Shown here piece by piece: positions 50,351 to 64,000 of a stretch of 64,000 nt of DNA. The translations under genes were made by a program, and so were the position numbers. The first letter of the stretch is position 1; each line of letters opens with the position of its first letter. Below the pieces are notes generated by a model. That model was given only the letters and a program-made list of their open reading frames with translations. It was not told where the DNA came from and searched no databases. This DNA comes from the human T2T-CHM13v2.0 reference genome, Homo sapiens: the NCBI RefSeq assembly GCF_009914755.1, contig NC_060932.1. One strand, 5' to 3'.

Positions 50351-53300
50351 TTTTGCTCTATTGTAACATTTGCCTACAGTCCTTGTCCCCGGTGCTTTGA
50401 AGAGCTCATTGATTTAAATTTTTCATATTTTAGTTAAAATATTACCTTTGCAGAGGGGCCATTTTTTTTTTCCTACCAGATCTAAAATTGAAATGTTCTG
50501 GTATTGTCTCATACAGCAAACACTTCTCTTCAACATCACTTCCTAGTATAAGACCCTGTTCATTTTAGTTCTAGCACTTTGAATAATCTGAAATTATTAT
50601 TGCTTATTTCCTTGATCTCTTGATTATTTTCTGACCACTTCTTCTAGAATACAAGCTTGTTAATGGCAGGAGCATCACTTGCTTTTTCACTGCTGTATCT
50701 TCAACAATCGGAGAAAATGCCTCAAAATAATTAATCAACAAATATGTGTTAAGTGAATGAGTTGTGTGTCCTAAGAGTTTCCTGAAAAAAGATTGTAAAC
50801 AGTTCACTTCATCACGTTAAACAGGAACAAATGGAAAATGTATCCTATGGTAAATAAACTGCAGGAAAGCCTTTTGATTTGAGAATTCAAAATATGTGTT
50901 TTGAACTGTCAGAACAAGTGGCTAGTGTGGACTGGAGCAAGATGTGGATAAGAAGAATCTAGCAGAAGCAGATCAGAATCAGGCATCTGAACAGAGCTAG
51001 TGCATTTCCACCAGCATGCAGTAGCCAAGTCGCAGACTACACTAATTCCCAAGAGATTAGTTTCTGTGGACTGGCTCTCTTTCACACATCATACACCCAA
51101 AGATTCCCAGGTTGCTTTATCATGCAGTTCCCGGAGGGGTTGTCAAAAAACAGAGAAGGAGAGGCATGAGGATATTTTAGAAGCCAATTATCTTTAAAAG
51201 TTTATTTATTCATTTCCATTCCAGTCTCTGTGGAGCAATGGCAGAATTCTCCAATGGGTACTTGATTTTTAAAGATGAAAAATGAATAGGAATCTGGGCA
51301 TCTCAAATTAGGTTTCAGAAGCATCTGATGCATAAAATAATAGTGGAAAAGTATATAAAAAGACCTGCGTCTTCTGGCCAAGTGTGTTTACTGTATAAAA
51401 TGAGCAACCAAAACCAATATCATTTTGTCCATTTACAGGCTGCAGCATTTGGTATTAAGGCTCTGACAGTGCCCTTTTCCTTGGAGTCCTCAGCCTTTGG
51501 ATTTGTATCAAATCAGATAAATGTGAGCCACAGAGTTAGTGTCCAGTTATAATTCTCAAATATATTATCTGGATCTAAAATCTATTTAACCTTGGAAGGA
51601 GGCAAAGCCACTCAAAATTCAGAGGCAGGGGGGCACTGGAGGAGTTCTCTGTGAGTCAGGCTGCACCTCCAGCTAGATGCCGGTAGGAACAGGGAGGTAT
51701 GGGAAAGGAAGGAGGACCTGTGGCCCCTCGGCCTAATTTAGGTTTTCTAAAAGACTAAGATAAAATTTGAGTATGAATAAGCCAAAATGTGAGACTATTT
51801 TAGCAAGAAAATTTGTATCAAGGAGCAGAAACAAATAATAAAAGGGGCCCTGCGCTATATTCGTCTAGCAGAGGCATCTCAGGTTGATTTTACCCTCATT
51901 AGTTTTTGTTTATTTTGCTCATTTTCTTTTTCTTTAATTCTGTTTGACATTCAGTCTCTCCTTGAGGAGGAACCCTTTTTTTTGGGAAAAAAAAAAAAAA
52001 AAAAAAAAGGTGTTATGCCCCTTTCCTCCATTTCAGTGCCTGATGCAGAGTAAATAACAACAAATTGATTCTTTCTTTTCACTTTCTTTGGCAAAATAAA
52101 ATAAAAAAGTACTTTTGCTTTTCTATATTCCATATTCTGATTTCCTTCCAACCCAAAGGAAATTTTTATGACATTTCACTAATGTGTTAATGACTGCCCA
52201 AACCACAATTGTTCTTAAGGAGCCAAGTGACAAGAATGAAGAATGGAAAGGGACTTTGGGAATGATGCTGTGGAGTACAGTCACTATCGTATTTGCTTGT
52301 AAAACACTTTGGCCAGTAGAGTCTATGATGAAGGAGTCAGGAATAAGACAAAAAAATGTAACATTTAGTGGAAGTTTTATGTGCCTCTTCTAGCACATTC
52401 TGCCTCCCAGAGATATCCCACTGCCTTCTTCCCTGTGTTTTCTTCAAGGATGTGCCGTACTTGTTATGACTGATGCTGAGCCAGCTGACAAGCCAGCAGG
52501 GAGGGCCTGACCTGACTCTGGGAAACTCTGTCTCCCCACTCATGGAGCCAATAAAATCCTCCCAGTTCTGCAGAAGATAGTAGGTTACCTGTGGCCTGCT
52601 GGGTTCCGTGTCAAGGGTTGGGACACATGCAGAAAAATAAATCTAATTGTCAGCCACAGTTCTTTCCTCAATCTTCCACATCTACCAGGGAAATCAGATC
52701 TGGCAGCTCAAGTGTCCGAGACTGGTACAACGTGTACTTTCTGCCTCATCATAAATTAGACTCTGGGAGATGTAGACAGAGGAGTCAAAGAAGAAACAGA
52801 AGGAAACAGTAGAAAAGGAGAAAGTCAAGGAGGAGTGGTCTGGGATGAGTGATCAGACAGAATCTGAGTCTCCCTTTTTTCCCCTCTTTTGGATGTCTGT
52901 ACAACCAATTAAGTAGTTTAGGTGCATTAATGATACTGTATCAACAGCAGAACTGAGCTGGGAGTCATCTTTGGAGGAAACCCGAAGTGTTGCAGCCTGC
53001 CTCCTTGCTTCTAAAATGAGGGAATTAACATAGGGAGAGATGTGGCTATGCATGTTTTATCAGATCCCCTCCTTCTAGCAGGGATTAGAAGAGATTCAAG
53101 TTCATTAATGTGTGTATTTTATGAAATAAGGTGCATCTTTCACCTTTTTAACTCTCTGTTAGCTGCTCTGTGCCGTGAGAAGAGAGAAGCAGCAATATTG
53201 CATGCTAATTTCTGTCATAGAGTGAACCTGAGAACTGGGCCACCACTCTTGGGCATGGCTGTGGGTGGAGGTAAGGAACCAGCAGGAGCAAGGGGAACTA

Positions 53301-53488
53301 AAGTCGTGAATATACATGGGCTCTGGCTAGGAATTAGTTGGCTCAGGAATTACTCAAAGTCAAAACTATCTGAGTAGATTCACAGAGGCCTTGAGGCAAA
53401 ATTTCAAGCAGAAGGGCTTGGTCTTCAGGTGATGGCGAGCACCACTTTTTTGACAGAGAAGTTGCTCTGCCAGTTCCAGAAATCAGGT

Positions 53489-54023
53489 TGAAACTGTCCT
53501 TGTGAAATTAATAAAAGTTGGACTGGAAGCATAGCTAAGCATTAACCAGCTTGCTCTATAGCCCACTTCCTTATAGCTGCTTACTGTTTAGAAGTCACAT
53601 AGCCCCTGTCATAGAGTCCTACCTTCTATAGATAACATCGTTAACATTAAGAAACCCCAAATTTTCCTTTTGATATATTTTTTCAGATCCTGCATTCCAA
53701 TGGGTCCACTGACGCCAGCCAGTCTGAAGACCCCCGCTGAAGAACACACTCAGCACGGGAATGCAGTTTCTGTTTTATTATGATTTCATGCCTCATGCTC
53801 AAGCCAATCAGCAACACCCAGACCCTCAGCCCACTACCCACCAGGATTCCCTTTTAAACCCCATGCCAAAACTCCTTGGGGAAGCATATTTGAAATTTCT
53901 CCCACCTCTTTTTTTTTGGCTGCCATTCAATTATTAAACTGTTTCTCTACTGCAACTCCTGCTGTTTTGATGTATTGGTATGTTGCTGTGCAACATGCAA
54001 TTGAACCTAGTGGTCCTATAACA
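53489..54023 (+). mobile_element. LTR26-like (ERV1, MER4 group) solo LTR
   Basis: TGAAACTGTCC...attattaaactgtttctctactgcaactcctgctg...cctataaca; TSD aggt/aggc. Confidence 0.7.
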
Positions 54024-54211
54024 AGGCATGGTGTTGGCCCTGGTCTGAGGCTTTTCACCTGGCCATGAGTCTGGCTAGACATTGTGGGCATTTAGCCTCT
54101 TGCCCTCCCTTAGAGCTGGTGGCATTCTTATCAAAAGGCAGACTTCACATTTCGGCCTGTCTTGGCCCTTTGAAGAGGTGCCTCTGTCACCTCTGAATCT
54201 GGAAGGCGATT

Positions 54212-54505
54212 TTTTTTTAATTGGAGACAGGGTCTGGGTCTGTTGCCTGGGCTGGAGTGTAGTGGTATGATCTCAGCCCACTGTAACCTCCACCTCCTGG
54301 GCTCAAGCCATCCTCCCACCTCAACCTCTTGAGTAGCTGTTACCACAGGTGCCCACCACCACACCAGGCTAATTTTCGTATTTTTTGCAGAGACAGAGTT
54401 TTGCCATGTTGTCCAGGCTAGTCTTGAACTCCAGAACTCAAGTGATCTGCCCATCTAAGCCACCCAAAGTGCTGAGATTACAGGCGTGAGCCCCAAAATC
54501 CAGCC
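54212..54505 (-). mobile_element. AluJ
   Basis: gagacagggtct, ctcaagccatcctcccacctca; TSD tggaaggcgattt / tggaagatgattt. Confidence 0.9.
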
Positions 54506-54534
54506 TGGAAGATGATTTAAAAATGTTTTCCTAT

Positions 54535-55640
54535 TTTATTTTGTTTTGTTTTATTTATAATGTCAAGTTTTATTTTAAATCCAGGGAGTACGGACAGGTT
54601 TATTAAAAGGGTATATTGCGTGATGCTGAGGTTTGGGGCATGATTGATCCCATCACCCAAGTAGTAAGCATAATACCCAGTAGTTACTTTTTCAGCCCTT
54701 GCCCCTCTCCCTCTCTCCTGCCTCTAGTAGTCTCCCATGTCTGTTGTCCCCATCTTCATGTCCATGAGAACCCAATGTTTACCTCCCACATGTAAGTGAG
54801 AACATGTGGTATTTGGTTTTCTGTTCCTGCATTAGTTCATTTAGGATAATGGCCTCCAGCTGCAGGCAGGTTGCTGCAAATGACATAATTTCACTCTTTT
54901 TTTGTGGCTGTGTAGTAGTTCTATTTTTGTGGCTGGTGTATATGTACATTTTACTTATCTAGTCCACTACTGATGGGTATCTTGGTTGGTTTCATGTCTT
55001 TCCTATTGCAAATGTTGCTGCGATGAACATGCAAGTGCATGTGTCTTTTTGGTAGAACCATTTATTTTATTTTAGTTGCTGTGTGAAATGGTAATTCTGT
55101 TTTAAGTTCTTTAAGAAATCTCAAAACTGCTTTCTAGAGTTGTTGAACTAATTTACATTCCCACCAGCAGTATGTAAGCATTCTGGTTTCTCCACAGCTT
55201 CACCAACATCTGTTGTTTCTTGACTTTTTATTAATAGCCATTCTGACTGGTGTGAGATGGTATCTCACTGTGGTTTTGATTTGCATTTCTCTGATGATTA
55301 GTGATGACGAGCATTTTCTCATGTTTGTTGGCCATAGGTATGCCTTGGTTTGAGAAGTATCTGTTTATGTCCTTTCCCCATTTTTTAATGACATTATTTG
55401 TTTTTTGCTTGCGGAATTGCTAAAGTTACAGATTCTGGATATTAGAACTTTGTTGGTTGCAGTTTCCAAATATTTTCTCTCATTCTGTAGGCTGTCTGTT
55501 TACTCTGTTGATAGTTTCTTTTGCTGTGCAGGAGCGCTTTAATTTAATTAGGTCCCACTTGTCAATTTTTGTTTTTGTTGCAATGGCTTTTGAGGACATA
55601 GTCATTAATGCTTTCCCAAGGCCGATGTTCAGAATGTTGT
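54535..55640 (-). mobile_element. L1PA16/L1PB-type 3' end with ORF2 C-terminal remnant
   Basis: gggtatattgcgtgatgctgaggtttggg; translation [36 protein letters not shown]. Confidence 0.9.
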
Positions 55641-57036
55641 TTTTTGGAAGGTGATTGAGCTGCAGTGGCAAGTGCCAGCCCTGTGTTCTTCTCTGAAAGC
55701 GTACATTTTCTCCTCTGAGGATGGAGACCCTGAGTTGGGGCTGTGACCAGGGTGAGCCAAGTAAGGCATTCACAGGGCTGCCCCAAAACCCAATTATCAA
55801 GACATACAGGATTTTAATACAGTCATTTTAAAAATCAAAATTAATGACGAAAAAGTCCATGTGAATAAATTATCAAAATTCTCAATAAGGATAGGCTCAA
55901 TGTTCCTAATTTTTCTTTTGCCTTTGGCTTCACTGTACAACTCAACTGGGCACTTACTCTGACTACACCATTCTGAGGACAGAGACTTTCTTTCTTCTAT
56001 ATCCTCTCCTGGGACAGAGGAGAACATAATCAATCATGTACTAGCTGAGCCAAGGCTGGAGGTGAGAGCTTATGCCCCCAAAGATCCGTTGTACTAACTA
56101 AGCCTGTTGCTGAGAGCAACTTTTTAATTAGTTGATCATGCCCTACTCTACCTCACAACTGTATGGTTCCTAACTGTGTATAAAAGGGACTAGCTAAGCA
56201 GGAATGTACTGATGCAGCTAAAAATAGTATTAAGTCATTATTGGAGGAGTTTTCTCAGCTGTCTCAGGTGGCAGCATCACCTCTTTTGGTAGGACTTTGA
56301 GTGTGACACAAACAAGATTACTGTGTCTATCAGGTTTTCACTATTGAGGCTACTCTCTGTGACAAAGGTTTGAGTCCCCAAGAAAGACATTTAATGGGGT
56401 CTGGTGGATTCTTTCTTTGCATTGTACCTTAGACGGGGCTCTGGCCCTTGATACCCAACCTTTTTTTCTGGTACAGGATCTGAAGCTCTTTTAAGTTAAA
56501 GTGTAAATGATTAGTAATCTACAAGTACTTCTGGGTAACAGCATTAGCTTAAGGCTTTAATTTCTGCCAACAGTAATGGTAAAATTATAGGTATTGCCCA
56601 AGGAATATGAAGCAAAACCGTTGTTCTTTCCATTGGTATAAAAAATAGACATGGTATTTTGATGAACTGATTTTATTTTATTTTTTGAGGAGGGTTACAC
56701 TGTCATTTGTTGAACTTGTTGTCTCTCCTCAATGCTCTGTATCAAGAAATACCTTTGGCAGTAAAAAAACTATATACAGTTAATTCTTGAATAATATGAA
56801 TTTGAACTGCATGGATTCCATTTTACATTTTTTTCAGTAGAAGTTACACGGAATATGTCTGCCTCTCCTGTCTCACCTCCTTCACCTCTTCCACCTCTGC
56901 CACCCTGAGACAGCAAGAAAAACTCCACCCTTTTTTCCTCTTCCTGAGCCTATCAACATGAGGACAATGGGAATGAAGATTTTATGATGATCCACACCCA
57001 CTAAGTGAATAGTATTCTTTTCCTAGTAATTTTCTC

Positions 57037-58943
<1,907 letters not shown>

Positions 58944-59209
58944 TTTCCCCAGCTTCCTTGTAAGAATGCAGTATATAACACATATAACATATCAAATATG
59001 TGTCAATGATTGTTTATGTTATTGGTTAGGTTTCCAGTCTACACTAGGCTACTAGTAGTTAAGTTTTTGGGGAGTCAATAGTTATACAAAGAGTTTTGAC
59101 TGCATGGGAGGCTAGTGCTCCTAACCCCTGTATTGTTCGAGGGTCTGTTGTAGTAGGTGGTCTCAAATTTTCTTACTGTAACAATAAGAAAATGAAAAGT
59201 GCATCAGAA

Positions 59210-59415
59210 ATTGTGGATTATTTCACATGTTTCTCTCAGACCTTGAAATAACTCTGTGAGGTAGGAAACACCATTCCTACTCTATGGATGAGAAAACTGA
59301 GGTTGAGAAAGGATAAGCTATTTATTCAAGATCATACAGCTAATATTCAAGTGATAGCATTGGGACTTAAATCCAGGTAAGCTAACTCCACACTCAGGGC
59401 TTTTTCAAAAACTTG
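59210..59415 (-). mobile_element. MIR
   Basis: ctctgtgaggtagg...ggatgagaaaactgagg...caagatcatacagcta. Confidence 0.75.
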
Positions 59416-62400
59416 GACTTCTTAAAAGTCACTCTGATATCTTCTGAGTTCACTTATCCCCACAATGCCCCATCTCCATCCAGAAAGCTATTAGATATGA
59501 CTCCTTCTGTAAATGGTAGCCCATTGAGACAGGAATGGCTAAATAATACCCTGCATCAAATATGGTTTGCCCCTGAGCCTTCAGCTTTATTCAGCATATT
59601 GGAAATATTTGCATAGATTTTCTTCCTCTAGCAGTACTGGAGAGTGGTATTTCTGTCACAAAAATGGCATGTCATACTCAGGAGAATGAGTCTGATGAGA
59701 ATCTGCCCTTGAGGTACTTTTCTGTATTCAATTTCTGAGTCTGGTGAGGCTGACCCTTGGGACCCTTGTGAATTCCCATAAAGCTGGAGTCATACTGCAT
59801 TCTTGCCTGGACAGCAGCAAATGCGTTGTGTGCATGCAGCAAAAGTCAGAGCTATAAGAAAAATAAACCTTATAGACTCTGGCTAGTATATAAATTAACT
59901 ATCATATTTTTGGAAGCATCATTTGCCCTGAAGCATTTCTCTAACTATGCATTAACAAGCTGGGTCACAACAGAAGTACACCACAGTAATTAGTGGGTCC
60001 AACTCATAGCTGACCGAACATACCTTATTGGGGAGATTATTTGCTAAATTTGGTTTTCTTGCACTCAAAAGGAAACTTGTCTCTTCTACTGTCCTCCTCT
60101 TTGAAGAAATTGAATGCTAAACCCAGAATTAGACACCAAACCAAGGATTCTTGGCTTCAGTATGTTCTGATATTAACCAGAGTAGCAAACCTAGGTCCAA
60201 ATTACAAGTTTCTGAAAGGTAAAAACAGAAGAATTAAAAAGGTGAAAATGTAAAAGAAACAGAGAGATGAGACAGAGAGGAAATTGTAGAAGAAACAGAA
60301 GAAAAAGAGAGGGAGGTAACTTAGAAATCAACTAGCTGGGGGAGGAAAAAGGAAGGAATTACCTCATGCTTTATTGTTGGTGTCCATTAACAAATAAAGG
60401 ATAAGGGTGTGGCATTCCTGCAATGTACACAAGGGCGTCTTCCTCTGAAGGACACACTCAGAGAGAGGAAGAAAATTCACAGGAAAAAGACCAAACACCA
60501 AGACACTGAAGATTTGAATCCTCCTACTCTACAGTAGGTGGAGACACTGTGCCTTTAACACGCTTGATAAATAAATTCTTCATCTCTTTAGAATTATATT
60601 GTGCATTTCTCCCTCATAACAGTCCCTTTCGTAGCTATAGATTTTGCCATTATTCTCTGCATGTATATGGGGTTAGTTATTGACTGAATTATTTTCTAAG
60701 ACTTCAAAAGAAAACAGTTTTATAAAAGCAGAGGAACATTCTTGGAGCTATACTGCAGGGTAATTAGTGGTAACAGCAAACTGTGCTACCATATTTCCCC
60801 CCCATATTTCTTAGTTGTGTGGAGTTCTACTTAAATCCTAGTGATGCATGAACAACTTGAATTGTTTTCTCTTTTCATTATTTAAAGAAGTGAAGAAAGT
60901 CTCCTCCTTGTATTATCTAAAGGAAAAGTGCATTAATTGATCACTACCGATTGATGATCTCAACTGTTACATTTTGAGCATGTATGTGTGCGCATATGCG
61001 CATGTAGTTACACACACACCACATTAAGAACAGTCACCCTCCCCTATTTCCAGAGCATGATTTTCTCTTGTTTCTAAAACTTTGTGGATCTCCTGTTTCT
61101 TGCTCTTTTCTACCGTTACCTGTCTTTCAGATTTGTCTAACCTTCAGACTTGGTTGTATACATTTTCTGTTAAAAATAAAAGTGACTGCTCGCACCAGTC
61201 TTCAGAGTCCTCCATCTGCATTTCAGCTGGCTGGATCAAGTGGCTCTACCAGGCTGACTTAGTTTGAGATATTTCGGTTCCCATCAACTTAAGGCTTTGT
61301 TTTTTCAAGACTTGGGAAAGTATCTGGATGGTTGGAAACAGAAGCAAATTGACAGCAACACTCAACACATACTCTGTTATTACAAAAACTTGCTTACGAC
61401 ATCTGTCATAGAGTTTGTCTTTTTTCTTGAAGTGCTTAGTGCATTTGTTAAAAAACATAAAATTGTAATGTTACTCTTGAGCCTCTGCCTGCCCAAAGAA
61501 AGATCTTTTCAGTATTAATAGTAGAAGGATGAAAGGAATCTCTTAAATTTACTAAAAGTCTTTCCACTGTTTCCTATCTTTGGATCTTTGTTATTGCTCA
61601 TTTTTAAATACAGACAGAAAGGCATTGTTTGGGTAAAAGGTAGCAATTTGGCTTAGAGGAATTTTCCTGGAAGCCTGATTTCTATAACAGGTTCCTCTGT
61701 TTAATAAGCTAGGTTAGACTTTAGCCTCAGGATAGGCAGTAAATGAAACGTCTCTCCTTGTCTCTCTCCTCTTCCTCTTTCCACTTCTCACCCCCTTTGC
61801 CTATCAACTTCTTATTTATCCTTTCTTGTTACCAATTATTTGTCTAGTCCATTTCTTACATTGTTCTTTTTCACGTGATAACAGGTTTCTTCAATCTACC
61901 TGACTGAGAAAGGGGATTCTAGAAGCCTTTCCAGACACAATAGACAAAACAAACAAACAAACAAACAAAAACACAGTCACAAACAGTGATGTCTTACCTG
62001 TCTTTAACTATCCAGGCCACAGAACTGCCAGCTCCTTTACATCCTTTTTTGGTTCCACATGAGGCCTGAGAGACATGCATTGGGTGAGTAAAAGGGGCAC
62101 GGATGTGGACCATCATGATTTATTCCTCCCCTAGACTATCTTCTTGCTGTTGATGCCATCACAGTTACATATTCCAGTCACTGCTGCAGCTGTTGAAGTT
62201 TGTATTAACATTATCTGATAAGATGGCAAGCATTTAGACTTAACTATACTAACAAGGCAATTGACATCTGAGTAGCATAAATTTTTACCAGAATTACTGG
62301 TAAGGTTATTTGAGATTGTTACATTTGAAAGATATGAAGTAATCAGTTTAAATATGGTTTAAGATTTAAATATAAAATGTAACATGATAATTCTCAAAAG

Positions 62401-62421
62401 AGACTTTTAAGCAAATAAAAT

Positions 62422-62834
62422 CAGTGAAGTGCTGCAACAGGGTCATACCAGCTAGCAAGAGTTGATTGTCACATTTTTCAGGAATTTTGAGAGCTGGTTG
62501 TAAAATACAGACATTATTCAAAATTAAATTGTGGAAACAAATATATTAAAATGGTAGTAAAAAAACTTATTAATTCATAGTTATTTTGCTATATTTACTA
62601 ATATCTGTGCTTCTGAGGTTATTTAAAGCTATTGTTTTTGTATAGTGAAAACATTATACAATGTACTAGAGCAAATCTCTTCCCAACTCTGTGTTCAGTT
62701 ATGTCACATTATGGTTTCAAATTGGCCATTGTGGGTCTATTTATAATACACCACAGAAATAGGAAAGTGTTACAATCAAGGCTTTTTTATTCCTCGTAGA
62801 GTTGGTTGTTAAAACATTTACCAGCACGCCACTG
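62422..62834. mobile_element. MER63B-like hAT-Blackjack transposon
   Basis: TIRs cagtgaagtgctg / cagcacgccactg; internal ttttcaggaattttgagagctggttg and tctcttcccaactc. Confidence 0.8.
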
Positions 62835-63769
62835 TGTATAATTATACTTGTCCTATAGATGAGAAATCAGAGGCTCAGAAAGTGAAGAAATCTTGCAAGA
62901 TGTAGAGGGTTTCAGTGTTCTGCCATTATTGGTCCTGGGACACCTAAAGCAGGATGAACATTTGGGGAAGAGGAATTCCTTTAGTAACTCGAATCTCTTC
63001 TTTCTTCTCCCCACGAAAACCTATAAACATGTCATTTCCACTTTCACCATCTTTAGTCCAGTTCAATCCCCAGCTAGTGCAGTGTATTTTGGGATCTTCT
63101 GCTCACAAATGTCACACCCCAACAAAGAGCCTCAATGTCTTAAGTTACATCAGCCCCAGATAATCACATACTAATTTCAAGGGTGACTCTGGCTTTCAGA
63201 TAGATGAGCCTCAGAACATCGTGAGAAATTTGGGCACATTCGAGTTTGTGTGGGTATAGAATGAGTATGGAGGGAAAAAAAAAGGTAAATAGGGAAAAAC
63301 ATGAAATACATTTGTTAAGCCTGGGTATATGCAAGTCCATATGTGTTGAGGGTTGCTTATAATGACAAACTTTACGTCTGTATTCTTGCTCAGGATGGAT
63401 CCTGGCTTGGACATTTTAATTTCGTAACAATAATATGTAAGGGCATCCTTCAAAAGGACATTTAAGGTATGCTTGCTGAGAATCCTGTAGAAGACTCTCA
63501 AATAGTTACCAAGTAAATGCCATTATTATAAAGTTTTTACAATTATGATCATAATTACCATTAACCTCCTTCCCATTTGTAGTATACCTTATATTTTTTA
63601 AAAGTGCTGTACATATTTTTACATTTAAACTAGATAATGCTTTTTTTAAAAAAAAATTGTTCAACAGTGGATACACTAAGGTCCAGAGTGAATAATTTAC
63701 CCAGAATTGCACAGATAACCAGCTTGATAAGAAACTTGGCATTGGTTTTAAATGTCAGCTCTGAAACAA

Positions 63770-64000
63770 GCATTTAGTGAACAATTACTCTGTGCTAAAC
63801 ACTGTACTAGCTGCTTTACATACACAATATTATTTGGGTCCCTCCAGATAAGTATTATGTCTTATATTTTATAGATGGGGAAACTGGAGCATAAAATAAG
63901 TAAATGATTTTTCCAAAATCTTGTAGCACGTTAGTGTTAGAGCCAAGTGCTAAACCCCAACTCTGCCCGAATTCAGCATAGATGTGCTGCACTACTACTT
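63770..64000 (-). mobile_element. MIR (a further MIR piece lies at ~62840-62960)
   Basis: tgtgctaaacactgtactagctgctttacata...attttatagatggggaaactggagc. Confidence 0.75.

Larger units (their letters stand above)
49170..50765 (+). mobile_element. L2, split by L1PA and Alu
   Basis: aacctcctcattatgg...acctcagtgcctttgcactt; ctagaatacaagcttgttaatggcaggagc...caacaaatatgtgttaagtgaatga. Confidence 0.65.

Overview
Primate (human-like) genomic DNA made mostly of interspersed repeats, with no recognisable intact host protein-coding exon. The only ORFs with real homology are retroelement remnants. The main element is a decayed class I ERV (PRIMA41-like, ~9706-15672, + strand). It has gag, pro, IN, env and a complete MER41C/D-type 3' LTR, but has lost its RT polymerase domain, most of RNase H, the protease DTG motif and its 5' LTR. 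The window also holds an ancient ERVL integrase/dUTPase remnant with an LTR16-type LTR, many solo LTRs (THE1/MST, MLT1, MER39, LTR9, LTR26, LTR33), L1s of several ages, Alus, L2/MIR and Tigger/hAT DNA transposons. The most unusual structures are: (1) a locally generated 39-bp/39-bp fold-back palindrome inside a THE1D LTR (25025-25110), a candidate pre-miRNA-like hairpin or cruciform; (2) a ~300-bp non-repeat insertion with AATAAA, A-tail and TSD at an L1 endonuclease site inside the ERVL integrase, probably an unannotated retrocopied mRNA 3' end; (3) the one-ended provirus; (4) a 158-bp non-tandem local duplication; (5) a TSD-less young AluY fragment. Family names come from recalled consensus sequences, not from a database search. 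I found no evidence for a wholly new multi-gene system.
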